DNA of 64,000 nt. Source: an uncultured Acidobacteriota bacterium (lineage in GTDB: Bacteria; Acidobacteriota; Vicinamibacteria; Vicinamibacterales; SCN-69-37). Every line of letters begins with the position of its first letter. Within the stretch, counting starts at the first letter, position 1. The notes under the pieces were generated by a model. That model had not been told where the DNA came from and ran no database searches. It saw only the letters and a program-made list of their open reading frames with translations. The stretch covers positions 1,076,729-1,140,728 of the forward strand of contig CAWCUZ010000001.1 of the NCBI GenBank assembly GCA_963798795.1, in the 5' to 3' direction. Positions 11,165-20,639 of the stretch are shown here, piece after piece. Made by a program: the position numbers and the translations under genes.

Positions 11165-13241
11165 CTACACGCCGAACACTTCGGGCTTCCACTCGAGGCC
11201 CAGCTCACTCGGCGGCGCCATGTAGCCGGCCAGCGCCGAGGCGGCGACGACCGCGGGGCTCGCCAGATAGCCCTCGCCGCCGAGCCCCATGCGGTTCTGC
11301 CAGTTGCGATTGAACGACGTGATCGCGCGCTGGCCGCGCGTGAGGCGCGTCCTCGCCCTGGCCGAAGCACGGGCCGCACCAGGACTGGCGGATCACGGCG
11401 CCGGCGGCGCGGAACACGCTGGCCACGGACTCGCCGCCGAGCCGTTGGTCCGGGCGCTCGATTTCGCGCCGCACGCCGCCCGAGCCCGGAAATACCGTGA
11501 ACTCGCGCGCGGCCCGCGTGATCCCCTGCGCCCGCGCGGCCCGAATCACGAGCGCCGCCTGCAGCAGGTCGTCGTAGCTGCCGTTGGTGCACGATCCGAT
11601 CAGCGCCTTGTCGAACGTGATGCGCTCGCGCGCCACCTCGTCGGCTGGAAACGCGTTACCCGGACTGAACGGCTTGGCAATCATCGGCGCCACGTCGCCC
11701 AGCTCGAACGTCTCGTCGATGGCGAACGCCGCATCGGGCCCGGGGACGGCGGCCGGATACGGCAGACCGTCGATGCCCTTCTCGCGATACCAGGCGCGCG
11801 TCACCTCGTCGGCCGCAAAGACGCCGTTGAGGGCCTCGGCCTCCGCCATCATGTTGGCGATCGTGTTGCGCGAGACCATCGGCAACTGCCGGTCGCGGTC
11901 GACGAACTCCACGCTCATCCCCTGCGACTGCTTCGCGCCCCAGCGGCGCAGCAGTTCGAGCACGATGTCCTTGCCGCCCACCCACGGGTTGAGCCGCCCC
12001 GTGAACACCACCCGTCGCTGGCGCGCCAGCGTGAAGTAGACGTAGCCCGTCGACCACCCGAACCCGAGCGTCGTCGAGCCGACGCCGATCCCGACCGCGC
12101 CGTAGGCGCCGTAGGCCCGGCTGTGCGAGTCGGCCCCGGGGATGAACTGGCCCGGCAGGACGAGCCCCTGCTCGGGGAAGTAGAAGTGGAAGATACCGTC
12201 GCCCGGCGTCGCGTAGTACGGCTTGACCAGTTCCTGCTGCCCGGCGAACGCGCGGCCGATGGAGGTCTGCCGCTCGTCCTCCGCCTTGCCGGTGAAGACG
12301 AAGTGGTCGTTGGCAATCGCCGCCTGGCGCGGATAGATCGTGTCGCCGCCCGTGATCTGGTTGAACGTGTGGATGGCGAAGGGCGCCGTGCCATCGGATG
12401 CGGGCAGCAGGTCCGCGTAGACCCGGAGTGTCGAGCCGGGCTTGAATTCCTCGCGGCGGAGGGCGCGGTCCACCCGGTGCGCCCAGACGATCTGCTCGGT
12501 CGACGTCATGCCCCGGGCCAGCGCCTCATCGGGCCAGTCGAGCGACGGCGGCGTCTCGACCGACTGCCGGAACTCCCGGCGGCCGACCGCAAAAATTCCG
12601 CCGCTCCGCCGAATCTCCTCTTCCTTGGCCGACAGCGGCAAGGGCTGGTACGTCTTTCCCTGCGCGACGTTGGTCAGCTCGCGCGTGAGCGGATCGAACG
12701 AGAACTCGTCGCCGTCGCGCGCGTCCGCCACGGCCTCGGGCGCCTGGACGACGTGCAGGCCGAGGTTGAACGCGTTGCGGCGGAAGATGTCGCCCATGTT
12801 CTGGCCGCAGACGATCACCATCTCCCGTCCGACCTCGTCGGCCACGGCCTTCAGCCCGGCGGGGCTCATCTCGCGCGACGATCCGATCGCGAAGCGATCG
12901 CCGGCGATCACGAACGTCTGCCCGGCGTGAACGCGCTGCCGGAAGTCGGGCATCAGATAGCGGAACGCCCCCGCCTTCCAGCGCTCGTCCAGCCTGTCGA
13001 GGCTCTCGGAGACGCAGTCGGCCGCCGGCGTGATCTGATCCGTGTCGATCGCGTCGAGCTTCTTCGTCCCGGGCGGCGCCTTCGGATCCCAGAAGATGAG
13101 GGCGTGACCCGTGAGGCGCCCACCAGTCTGGGTCGCCGCCGCGGCTCCCGAACCGGTCGTCTCGGGAGCGCCAGGCAGACTGTCGAGCGCGACACCCGGC
13201 TTGAGTCGAGCGGGCGTGATCCTGTGCATCTCTGGAGACAC
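11165..13241 (-). pseudogene. Aconitase-family dehydratase with an N-terminal LeuD-like swivel domain fused to a LeuC-like catalytic domain. One frameshift lies near the C-terminus.
   Basis: ORF 11205..13241 has a swivel-like N-terminus (FVIAGDRFAIGSSRE, GQNMGDIFRRNAFNLGL) followed by a catalytic region (GADSHSRAYGAYGAVGIGVG, IGSCTNGSYDDL, SWCGPCFGQG). After CGPCFGQGEDA the conserved tail LTRGQRAITSFNRNWQNRMGLGGEGYLASPAVVAASALAGYMAPPSELGLEWKPEVFGV continues in another frame to the stop at 11165. An extra base lies near 11345. Confidence 0.75.
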
Positions 13242-13263
13242 TCTACCGCAGGCTCAGACGTAG

Positions 13264-13317
13264 CCGCAGGGCTTCAGCCCTGCGGTCCGCAAGCCGCGGC
13301 GGGCTGAAGCCCGCCGC
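13264..13317. terminator. Tandem GC-rich tetraloop hairpins (GGGC-TTCA-GCCC and GGGC-TGAA-GCCC).
   Basis: ccgcagggc ttca gccctgcgg lies at 13264-13285 and gcggcgggc tgaa gcccgccgc at 13296-13317. On the minus strand they sit directly after the stop of the small Cys-rich gene. Confidence 0.5.
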
Positions 13318-13527
13318 CTACACCTGGCTGCCCTTCTCATACCCCGCGCAGACGACGACGGGCAGCCGCGGGAACTTCGGAAAGCTCGGGTCGGTCTTCG
13401 ACTTCTCGCACAGCACGAACCGGCTCCCGCGGTCGCTGGTCACCACGCGCCGATGTCGGCACGTGGCACACAGACCCGGCGGCCGGTCTTGCCCGGATGC
13501 CAGCGAATCGTCCATCATTGATCCCAT
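13318..13527 (-). CDS. Small conserved Cys-rich protein (CxxC...C...C), function unknown.
   Basis: ORF 13318..13605. The likely start is one of the internal Met codons (MGSMMDDS, 13515-13527). The core is CATCRHRRVVTSDRGSRFVLCEKSKTDPSFPKFPRLPVVVCAGYE. Confidence 0.5.
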   Translation of the reverse strand: MGSMMDDSLASGQDRPPGLCATCRHRRVVTSDRGSRFVLCEKSKTDPSFPKFPRLPVVVCAGYEKGSQV

Positions 13528-13915
13528 GTTCACATCGGAGGCGACGACGCGCGGCATCCGCGTTTCCGTGGTGTCGGAGTACGCACCCGATCGCTCGCGC
13601 CCCACGCAGCAGCAGTGGTTCTTCGTCTACACGATCACGATCGCCAACCAGGGCGAACTGACCGTCAAGCTGCTCACCCGCCACTGGATCATCACCGACG
13701 GGACCGGCCATGTGGAAGAGGTCCGCGGCCCCGGCGTCGTCGCCCAGCAGCCGGTCCTGGGCCCGGGCGAGGCGTTCCGCTATTCGTCGGGCTGCCCGCT
13801 GACGACTCCGTTCGGCACCATGGAAGGCACCTACCAGATGGTGACGCCCGAGGGCGAGGAGTTCGACGTCCGGATCGCGCCGTTCACGCTGAGCGAACCG
13901 TATACGGTGCACTGA
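13526..13915 (+). CDS. apaG: ApaG (DUF525) protein.
   Basis: ORF 13463..13915 from MFTSEATTRGIRVSV. It is ApaG-like throughout: WFFVYTITIANQGELTVKLLTRHWIITDGTGHVEEVRGPGVVAQQPVLGPGEAFRYSSG. Confidence 0.85.
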   Translation: MFTSEATTRGIRVSVVSEYAPDRSRPTQQQWFFVYTITIANQGELTVKLLTRHWIITDGTGHVEEVRGPGVVAQQPVLGPGEAFRYSSGCPLTTPFGTMEGTYQMVTPEGEEFDVRIAPFTLSEPYTVH

Positions 13916-13984
13916 GTGACCGGCCGGGCCGCCGGGCTGGACCGCGGCCGGCACCGCACGAACCGGTGCGGCCGTCGCATCCGT

Positions 13985-14575
13985 TCACGCGAACACGCAC
14001 TCCCTGCCGAGCGCCTCCCGCAGCCGGGCGAGGTACTCCTCCCGCGGAATCTCCACCGCCCCGAACTGCTCGAGGTGCTCCGTTGTCCACTGCGTGTCGA
14101 GCATCGCGAAGCCGCGCCGGCACAGCCGATCGACCAGCGCCACGAGCGCGACTTTCGAGGCGTCCGTTTCCCGGTGGAACATCGACTCGCCGAAGAATGC
14201 GCCGCCCAGGTGCACGCCGTAGAGCCCGCCCGCCAGCCCATCGCCGTGCCAGGCCTCGACCGAGTGCGCGATCCCCATCCGGTGCAGCGCCTTGTAGCTC
14301 TCCACGATGGTCTCGCTGATCCACGTCCCTTCGCCCGGGCGCTCGGCGCACGCGCGCATCACGGCCTCGAACGCCGTGTCGACGCGAATCTCGAACCGGC
14401 CGCCGCGCACCACCCGCGCGAGCCGCGCCGGCACGTGGAACGTGTCAAGGGGCAGGACGCCGCGCGGGTCGGGTGAGAACCACCCGATCTGCCCGTCTTC
14501 CAGCGCCATCGGGAAGATGCCCTCGCGATAGGCCCGCACGAGGAGGGCCGGGTTGATCGCGCGTGGCGTGTGCAT
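13985..14575 (-). CDS. aat: Leucyl/phenylalanyl-tRNA--protein transferase.
   Basis: ORF of 196 aa with LLVRAYREGIFPMA, IGWFSPDPRGVLPLD, GGLYGVHLGGAFFGESMF and MLDTQWTTEHLEQFGAVEIPREEY. Confidence 0.9.
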   Translation of the reverse strand: MHTPRAINPALLVRAYREGIFPMALEDGQIGWFSPDPRGVLPLDTFHVPARLARVVRGGRFEIRVDTAFEAVMRACAERPGEGTWISETIVESYKALHRMGIAHSVEAWHGDGLAGGLYGVHLGGAFFGESMFHRETDASKVALVALVDRLCRRGFAMLDTQWTTEHLEQFGAVEIPREEYLARLREALGRECVFA

Positions 14576-14627
14576 GGATCTCAGTGCCGTTTCGGCATCG
14601 AATCGAGGATACCTGCCGGCCGCGGCG

Positions 14628-15644
14628 TCAGCAGTACGTCCGCCGAATCGAGGGAATCAGGTACTCGCGAAAGGCGCGCCCGAAATCGAAGCGCGGCGCA
14701 AATCCCCAGTCGCGGCGAGCCGGCGCGTCGTCCACGTCGGCCGGCCAGGTGTCGACGATGCCCTGGCGCTTGGCGTCCACCTGGAAGGAGATGTCGGCCG
14801 ACGGGAAGGCGCGGATCACTTCGGCGCGCACCTCCTCGGCCGTCGGCGCGAACGCGCCGACGTTGTAGGCCGTCTGCGACAGCGACGCCCGCGACGCCCG
14901 TGCCAGCGCCAGCAGCGCCTCCACGCCATCGGGCATCGCCATGAACGGAATGCGCGTGTCGGCGCGGACAAAACAGGCGTAGGGCTCGCCGCGCGCCGCG
15001 GCATGGATCATCTCGGGGGCAAAATCGGACGTGCCGCCCGACGGCATCGTGGCGGCGGAAATCAGCCCCGGGAACCGGACCGCTCGAAAGTCCACGCGCC
15101 CGTGCGGCGCGTCGGCGCTCAATTGCTTGTAGTGGTGCGCGTAGTATCGCCCGAGCTCCTCGCAGTACAGCTTGTTGCACCCGTACATCGTCGTCGGATG
15201 CGTCCACTGGTCTTCACCGACGCGCCCGGCTTGCGTCTTGATCTCGAGGCTCGGCAGCCCGTACACCGCAATCGACGAGGGATACAGGAAGATCACGGGC
15301 CGGCCGTGCGACTCCGCCTGGTGCTGCGCGAACTCGAGGAGGTTCAGCGTGCCCTCGACGTTCACCTCGTGCGCGGTCACCGGCGAGAACTCGGACCGGG
15401 TCGACAGCAGCGCGGCCAGGTGAAAGACACGATCGACCTCGAACTCGGCCACCAGGCGCTCGAGCAGCGGCCGGTCGAGAATCGACCCGGTCATCTCGCG
15501 GGCGACGTGGGGCGACAGCGCCGGGTCGAGCGGCGACAGGTCGAGGGTGACGATGGCGGTCTGCGGGTCGTCGGCGAGACGGGCGATCAGCCCGTGACCG
15601 ATTTCGCCGCCGGCGCCGGTGATGAGCACGGCAGGTTTACGCAC
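14628..15644 (-). CDS. NAD-dependent epimerase/dehydratase family protein (SDR-type L-threonine 3-dehydrogenase-like).
   Basis: ORF of 338 aa with a Rossmann motif VLITGAGGEIGHGL and the YGCNK catalytic Tyr/Lys (YxxxK) motif. Confidence 0.75.
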   Translation of the reverse strand: MRKPAVLITGAGGEIGHGLIARLADDPQTAIVTLDLSPLDPALSPHVAREMTGSILDRPLLERLVAEFEVDRVFHLAALLSTRSEFSPVTAHEVNVEGTLNLLEFAQHQAESHGRPVIFLYPSSIAVYGLPSLEIKTQAGRVGEDQWTHPTTMYGCNKLYCEELGRYYAHHYKQLSADAPHGRVDFRAVRFPGLISAATMPSGGTSDFAPEMIHAAARGEPYACFVRADTRIPFMAMPDGVEALLALARASRASLSQTAYNVGAFAPTAEEVRAEVIRAFPSADISFQVDAKRQGIVDTWPADVDDAPARRDWGFAPRFDFGRAFREYLIPSIRRTYC

Positions 15645-15666
15645 GAAGGCGCATTCTAGCCGCGCT

Positions 15667-16524
15667 CTACAGATTCCGCATCAGGATCAGCCCGTGCACG
15701 ACCGACGCCACGATCGACAGCAGCGACAGGCCGAGACAGGCGAGCGCGACGACCAGGTGGTCGATGCGCTCGGGCTTGAGCGGGTCGAGCAGTTGCGCCG
15801 CGAGGAAGCCGCCGGCAAAGCCGCCGGCGTGCGCGTAGTTGTCCACGCCGCGCATGACGAGGCCGAACACGAACAGGATCACCGCGTAGTACAGCGCCTG
15901 CGAGTGCACGACCCGCGACCCGGTGCGTCGCCCGTAATAGACGAGCGCCCCGAGCAGGCCGAAAATCGCCGCGGAGGCGCCGACCGTCAGCTGCGCCCCC
16001 TGCAGCATCGGCAGGAACGGCAGGTAGGCGCCGGCCGTCGACGTGACGGCGAATCCCACCGCGCCCGCCACCGTGTAAATGATGACCATCCGGCCCGGCC
16101 CGTACAGCTCCGCCACTTCCGGCGCGAGCTGCCGAATCCACAGCAGGTTGAAGAGGATGTGCAGCACGCCGCCGTGCAGCCACGACGCGCTGACGATCGT
16201 CCACCAGCGGTGCAGCCCGAAGACCGGCCCCGCACCGCTCGCGCCGAACAGGAACAGACTCTGGGCGCTGGGCACCAGAAAGTCGAGTCCGCCGCCGGCG
16301 ACCGTCGGCCCCGACCACAGCAGCGTCAGCACGTACACGACGACGCACGTGGCGGTGACGAACGGGACGAAGCCGAGATCCTGACCGAGCCGCCGGATCG
16401 CCGGCGCGAATCCCCAGAGCCCGGGGTTGCGCCGGCCGCAGTGGTAGCACCGATCGTCGTTGACCCCGACCAGATAGCCGCAAGACACACAGACAACCGA
16501 GCCACTGGTCTGACGCTTGAACAT
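15667..16524 (-). CDS. Rhomboid-family intramembrane serine protease with an N-terminal zinc ribbon.
   Basis: This is the last 285 aa of track ORF 15667..17691, from MFKRQTSGSVVCVSCGYLVGVNDDRCYHCG. It has WLHGGVLHILFNLLW, GASAAIFGLLGA (catalytic Ser context) and AHAGGFAGG (His). Confidence 0.85.
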   Translation of the reverse strand: MFKRQTSGSVVCVSCGYLVGVNDDRCYHCGRRNPGLWGFAPAIRRLGQDLGFVPFVTATCVVVYVLTLLWSGPTVAGGGLDFLVPSAQSLFLFGASGAGPVFGLHRWWTIVSASWLHGGVLHILFNLLWIRQLAPEVAELYGPGRMVIIYTVAGAVGFAVTSTAGAYLPFLPMLQGAQLTVGASAAIFGLLGALVYYGRRTGSRVVHSQALYYAVILFVFGLVMRGVDNYAHAGGFAGGFLAAQLLDPLKPERIDHLVVALACLGLSLLSIVASVVHGLILMRNL

Positions 16525-16557
16525 TCGCCGCAGAATAGCATGGCGTAGGATCAGCCC

Positions 16558-17514
16558 GTGCGAGTGCTGGTCACCGGCGGTACGGGCTATCTGGGCGGCG
16601 CGGTGGTGCGCGTGCTCGCCGAGCGCGGCCACCAGCCGGTCGTCTTCGCGCGGCACGCGTCGTCTGCGCGGCTGCCGGGCGAGGCGGTCGACGCGGACAT
16701 CCGCGATCGCGCGGCCCTCGAGCGCGCCGCACACGGCGTCGACGCCATCTGCCACATGGCCGCACTGGTCAAGGTGTGGCGACCCGATCCGCACGAGTTC
16801 GACGAGATCAACATCGGCGGCCTCGACCGCGTGCTGCACGTGGTCGCCGCGCAGGGCGTCCCGCGGCTCGTCTACACGTCGTCGTTCCTCGCCCGGCCGC
16901 CCGCCGGACGCACCGCACCGCTCCAGGCCAACGACTACCAGCGCACCAAGGCGGTCGCGTACGCGCACGCCCGCCGGGCGCAGCAGTCTGGCGCTCCGAT
17001 CGTCATTCTGATTCCGGGGCTGATCTACGGTCCCGGCCTGTTGTCGGACGGCAACCTGCTGGGACGCCTGCTGGCCGATCACTTCGCCAGACGCCTGCCG
17101 GGTCTCGTCGGCGCCGATCGGATCTGGTCGTTCGCGTGGGTCGAGGACGTGGCGCAGGCGCACGTGGCGGCTCTCGAGCACGAGCGCCCGGCGGCGGAGT
17201 ACACCCTGGGCGGCGACAACGCCCCGCAGATTCGCGCGTTCGAGATCCTCCGGCAGCTCCGGGGTGGACGCCTGCCCCGCCGCATCCCGGACTGGCTCGC
17301 GATCGCCGGCGGCCTCGGCGGCGACGCCTACGCGCGCCTGTTCGGGCGTCCTCCCCTGCTCACTCGCCGCACCGTGCAGATCCTCCGGTGCGACTGGCCG
17401 CTCGATCATGCGGCGGCCGCGCGGGACCTCGCCTATCGCGTCAGGCCGCTCGCAGACGGCATCGGCCGCACCGTCGCCGAACTCGACCGAACTGCGGCAT
17501 CCTCGTCTACGTAG
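16558..17514 (+). CDS. NAD-dependent epimerase/dehydratase (extended SDR) family protein.
   Basis: ORF of 318 aa with MRVLVTGGTGYLGGAVV and a YQRTK (YxxxK) motif. Confidence 0.75.
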   Translation: MRVLVTGGTGYLGGAVVRVLAERGHQPVVFARHASSARLPGEAVDADIRDRAALERAAHGVDAICHMAALVKVWRPDPHEFDEINIGGLDRVLHVVAAQGVPRLVYTSSFLARPPAGRTAPLQANDYQRTKAVAYAHARRAQQSGAPIVILIPGLIYGPGLLSDGNLLGRLLADHFARRLPGLVGADRIWSFAWVEDVAQAHVAALEHERPAAEYTLGGDNAPQIRAFEILRQLRGGRLPRRIPDWLAIAGGLGGDAYARLFGRPPLLTRRTVQILRCDWPLDHAAAARDLAYRVRPLADGIGRTVAELDRTAASSST

Positions 17515-17590
17515 ACTCTCGTACCCGAGCGCGGCCATCGTCGCGCCCCGCGAGTCGAATGGCCTAACCGGCCGATCAGGTGTCCGTCTA

Positions 17591-18172
17591 ATGAAGCAGA
17601 TGCATCCGGACGACGCGGCTGCCGTCGCGCGAGCGAAGGGCGGCGACGAGGAGGCCTTTCGGACGCTGGTCGAACGGCATTCCCGGAGCATCTACCGGCT
17701 GGCGTATCGAATGACCGGTCGACCGGAGGATGCCGAAGATGTGGTGCAGGACGCGTTCGTGCGCGCTTACCGGCAGCTTGGCCGGTTCGAAGCGCGATCG
17801 AATTTCGCCACGTGGCTGTACCGGATTGCGTTCAACTGCGCGATTGACCATATGAGAAGCCGCCCGCATCGGGAGCACTCCGAACCGCACGACACGCTGG
17901 AACACCTCGCGCCGCACCAGTCCGGCCCGTCGCTCGATGACCTCGTGTTTGCCGCCGAGATCAACGTGCAGGTCCAGACGGCCCTCCAGGCGCTCAGCGA
18001 GCAGGAACGCGCGGCGTTTCTGATGCGCCACTATCACGGCTGTTCGATCGACGAGATCTGCGGCGTGCTCGGGCTCAAGTCCAACGCCGCCAAGCACTCG
18101 ATCTTCCGCGCCGTCCGCAAGATGCGCAGCGCCCTGAAGCCCCTGATGGATGCCCGCCATGCATGCCAGTGA
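17591..18172 (+). CDS. ECF (sigma-70 family) RNA polymerase sigma factor.
   Basis: This is the last 193 aa of ORF 17264..18172, from MKQMHPDD. Region 2 (DAEDVVQDAFVRAY...FATWLYRIAFNCAIDHMR) and region 4 (LSEQERAAFLMRHYHGCSIDEICGVLGLKSNAAKHSIFRAVRKMR) are recognisable. Confidence 0.9.
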   Translation: MKQMHPDDAAAVARAKGGDEEAFRTLVERHSRSIYRLAYRMTGRPEDAEDVVQDAFVRAYRQLGRFEARSNFATWLYRIAFNCAIDHMRSRPHREHSEPHDTLEHLAPHQSGPSLDDLVFAAEINVQVQTALQALSEQERAAFLMRHYHGCSIDEICGVLGLKSNAAKHSIFRAVRKMRSALKPLMDARHACQ

Positions 18173-18953
18173 AGACGACCTGATTCTCCATTTCTACGGC
18201 GACGCCGACGGCGAGTCCGCGGCGCGCGTCGACGCGCACCTGGCCGGCTGCGGTGCGTGCCGCCAGACGTTCAACGAGCTTCAGGACACGCTGAGGCTCG
18301 TCGACGCGGCTGCGGTGCCCGAGCCCGGCCCGGCGTTCGAGCGCGTGACGTGGGCTCGGGTGCAGGCCGCCATCGGGTCGGCCCGTCCGCGGCGGGCGGC
18401 CTGGTGGACCACCCGCCCGCTGCTCTGGGCCGCGAGCCTCGTCCTCGTAGCGATGGTCAGCGGCGCCGTGGCCGTGCGGTGGTTCCGGCCTTCGACGGCC
18501 GCGTCGACCACGACTGCAACGGCCGGGGCGCGGCCGGGCGCCACCGCCACGGGCGCGGATCGCCCGGCGAGCCGCACGCGCGAGCGGCTGCTGCTCTCCG
18601 CGCTCGACGATCACTTCCAGCAGACGGAGCTGCTGCTCGTCGAGATCATGAATTCTCCGGCGGCGGGCGGCGAACTGCAGTTCGAGCGGCAAACGGCCGG
18701 CGACCTCGTCGCGTCAAACCGGCTGTACCACGAGACGGCCGTCATGAACGGCGACGTGAGGCTGGCGCAGATGCTCGAGGATCTGGAAACCGTGCTCGTC
18801 GAAGTGGCGCACGCGCCGGCCCGGGTCGAAGCCGCCGACCTGACCTCCCTGCGCGACCGGATCACGGACGACAGTCTGCTCTTCAAGGTGCGGGCCGTCT
18901 CGAGCGAGGTTCGTAAGCGCCAGCGCGATTTGATTTCGGACGCCAGTGAGTGA
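18150..18953 (+). CDS. Anti-sigma factor (zf-HC2 type) with one transmembrane helix.
   Basis: The ORF overlaps the sigma gene's end. It has the HxxxCxxC motif AHLAGCGACRQTF and a TM segment PLLWAASLVLVAMVSGAVAV. Confidence 0.75.
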   Translation: MPAMHASEDDLILHFYGDADGESAARVDAHLAGCGACRQTFNELQDTLRLVDAAAVPEPGPAFERVTWARVQAAIGSARPRRAAWWTTRPLLWAASLVLVAMVSGAVAVRWFRPSTAASTTTATAGARPGATATGADRPASRTRERLLLSALDDHFQQTELLLVEIMNSPAAGGELQFERQTAGDLVASNRLYHETAVMNGDVRLAQMLEDLETVLVEVAHAPARVEAADLTSLRDRITDDSLLFKVRAVSSEVRKRQRDLISDASE

Positions 18954-18960
18954 GGACCCC

Positions 18961-20586
18961 ATGACACGACTGCCTGCTTTCGTCGGTTTCGCTCTTCTCG
19001 TTCCCGTGGCCGTCGCCGCGCAGCCGGCGCCGCGGCCCGCGCCGCCGGCGCCGCGGCCGACCCAGACGCCGATGGTCGTGCCGGCGCCCGCGCCCCGAGT
19101 CCTGGCGCCGGAGCTCCCGCCGCTGCCCGAGGTCGCGCTCGCGCCCCGGCCCGATCTGGATCTGATGCCGCTGGCTCCCCTGCCCATGCTGGCCCCCGTT
19201 CCGCCCCAGCGGGTAGTGATCGATCCCGACGCGGTCGACGCCATTCGCCAGGCCGCTGAAGCGGCGCGTGACGCCGCGCGCGATGCGCGGCGCGTCGATC
19301 TGGATGCGATGCGCCAGGCCATGGACGAAGCGCGCGTCCAGCTGCACGACTTCCGATTCGACATGCCCGACATCCACGTGCCCCTGCCGGACGCGCACGT
19401 GTGGAGCGACTTCGACCTGCAGGCGTCTCCCTGGGTCACGGCCGACCAGGGCGCCAGCAGCGACGCGAGCCTCTACAGCAACGGCCTCGGCTACATCCAG
19501 CGCCACAACTACGACCAGGCCATCGTCTACTTCGACCGCGCGCTCGCGCGGAAAGGCACGCATGGCGAGGGGGCCCTGTACTGGAAGGCGTTCGCGCAGT
19601 ACAAGCTCGGCAAGACCACCGAGGCGCTGGCCGCGATCGCGGACCTGCGCAAGAGCTATCCGCAGAGCTCGTACCTGAACGACGCCAAAGTGCTCGAGGC
19701 CGACGTCCGGAAACTCGACGGCCAGCCGGTCAACGTGGCCGGCATGGACGACGAGGAGCTGAAGATCCTCGCCATTCACGGCATCCTGAACGCGGATCCG
19801 GATCGGGCGCTGCCCCTGATCGAGGGCGTGCTCAACGCCACGAACTCGTTGTCGGTCAAGAAGGAGGCGCTCTACGTGCTCGCCGGCAGCGACGACGCGC
19901 GCGCGCACCAGATCCTGCTGAAGTACGCCAAGGGCGCGGGGAATCCGGATCTGCAGAGCCTCGCGATCCGGTACCTGGCGAGCACGGGCAAGCAGCAGAC
20001 GACCGCCGCGGAGCTGCGCGAGATCTACGAATCGACCCAGGACCCCGCCATCCGCTCGGCGATCATCGACGCCTACGCGCGGTCCGGCAACAAGAACGCC
20101 CTGTTCACGATCATCAGCTCCAGCGGCAGCACGCCGGTCGCGCTGCGGCAGCGCGCGGTGAACGGCGTCGGCGACCTGGCGACCCCCCAGGAAATCTGGA
20201 CGCTCTACCAGAAGGAAGAGAACCGCGATCTGCGGATGCAGATGGTGAGCGCGTTCAGCTCGATGGGCGCGATCGACCAGCTGACCGAGGTCGCGAAAAC
20301 GGAGAAGGACCCGGCGGTGAAGCAGCGCGCCATCCGATCGCTCGGCAACGCCAAGGCCGACAAGACCGGTTCGGTCCTCACGACAATCTATGCCGCCGAT
20401 TCCGACAAGGACACGCGCAAGACGATCATCTCGGCGCTCGCGAACCAGGGCAACGCCGAGGCCCTCGTCGCCCTCGCCCGCAAGGAGACGAGCCTGGATC
20501 TGAAGACCGAGATCGTCCGCCGGCTGTCGGACATGGCGCCGAAGTCGAAGGTGGCGGCGGACTATTTGATGGAAGTCATCAAGTAA
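18961..20586 (+). CDS. Secreted TPR plus HEAT-repeat protein.
   Basis: ORF 18946..20586, using ATG 18961 (MTRLPAFVGFALLVPVAVAAQ). A Pro-rich linker is followed by a TPR-like part (YDQAIVYFDRALARKG...ALYWKAFAQYKLGKTTEALAAI) and then repeated HEAT-like units (DPAIRSAIIDAYARSGN, DPAVKQRAIRSLGN, DKDTRKTIISALANQGN). Confidence 0.65.
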   Translation: MTRLPAFVGFALLVPVAVAAQPAPRPAPPAPRPTQTPMVVPAPAPRVLAPELPPLPEVALAPRPDLDLMPLAPLPMLAPVPPQRVVIDPDAVDAIRQAAEAARDAARDARRVDLDAMRQAMDEARVQLHDFRFDMPDIHVPLPDAHVWSDFDLQASPWVTADQGASSDASLYSNGLGYIQRHNYDQAIVYFDRALARKGTHGEGALYWKAFAQYKLGKTTEALAAIADLRKSYPQSSYLNDAKVLEADVRKLDGQPVNVAGMDDEELKILAIHGILNADPDRALPLIEGVLNATNSLSVKKEALYVLAGSDDARAHQILLKYAKGAGNPDLQSLAIRYLASTGKQQTTAAELREIYESTQDPAIRSAIIDAYARSGNKNALFTIISSSGSTPVALRQRAVNGVGDLATPQEIWTLYQKEENRDLRMQMVSAFSSMGAIDQLTEVAKTEKDPAVKQRAIRSLGNAKADKTGSVLTTIYAADSDKDTRKTIISALANQGNAEALVALARKETSLDLKTEIVRRLSDMAPKSKVAADYLMEVIK

Positions 20587-20619
20587 GGCAGAAGGCAAAA
20601 GGCAGAAGGCAGAAGGCAA
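20585..20619. repeat. Heptamer tandem array (AAGGCAG/AAGGCAA) x5.
   Basis: aaggcag aaggcaa aaggcag aaggcag aaggcaa starts inside the TAA stop of the upstream HEAT gene and ends 20 nt before the next ATG. Confidence 0.9.
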
Positions 20620-20639
20620 CAGTTTCGGAGCGCCGCCCT

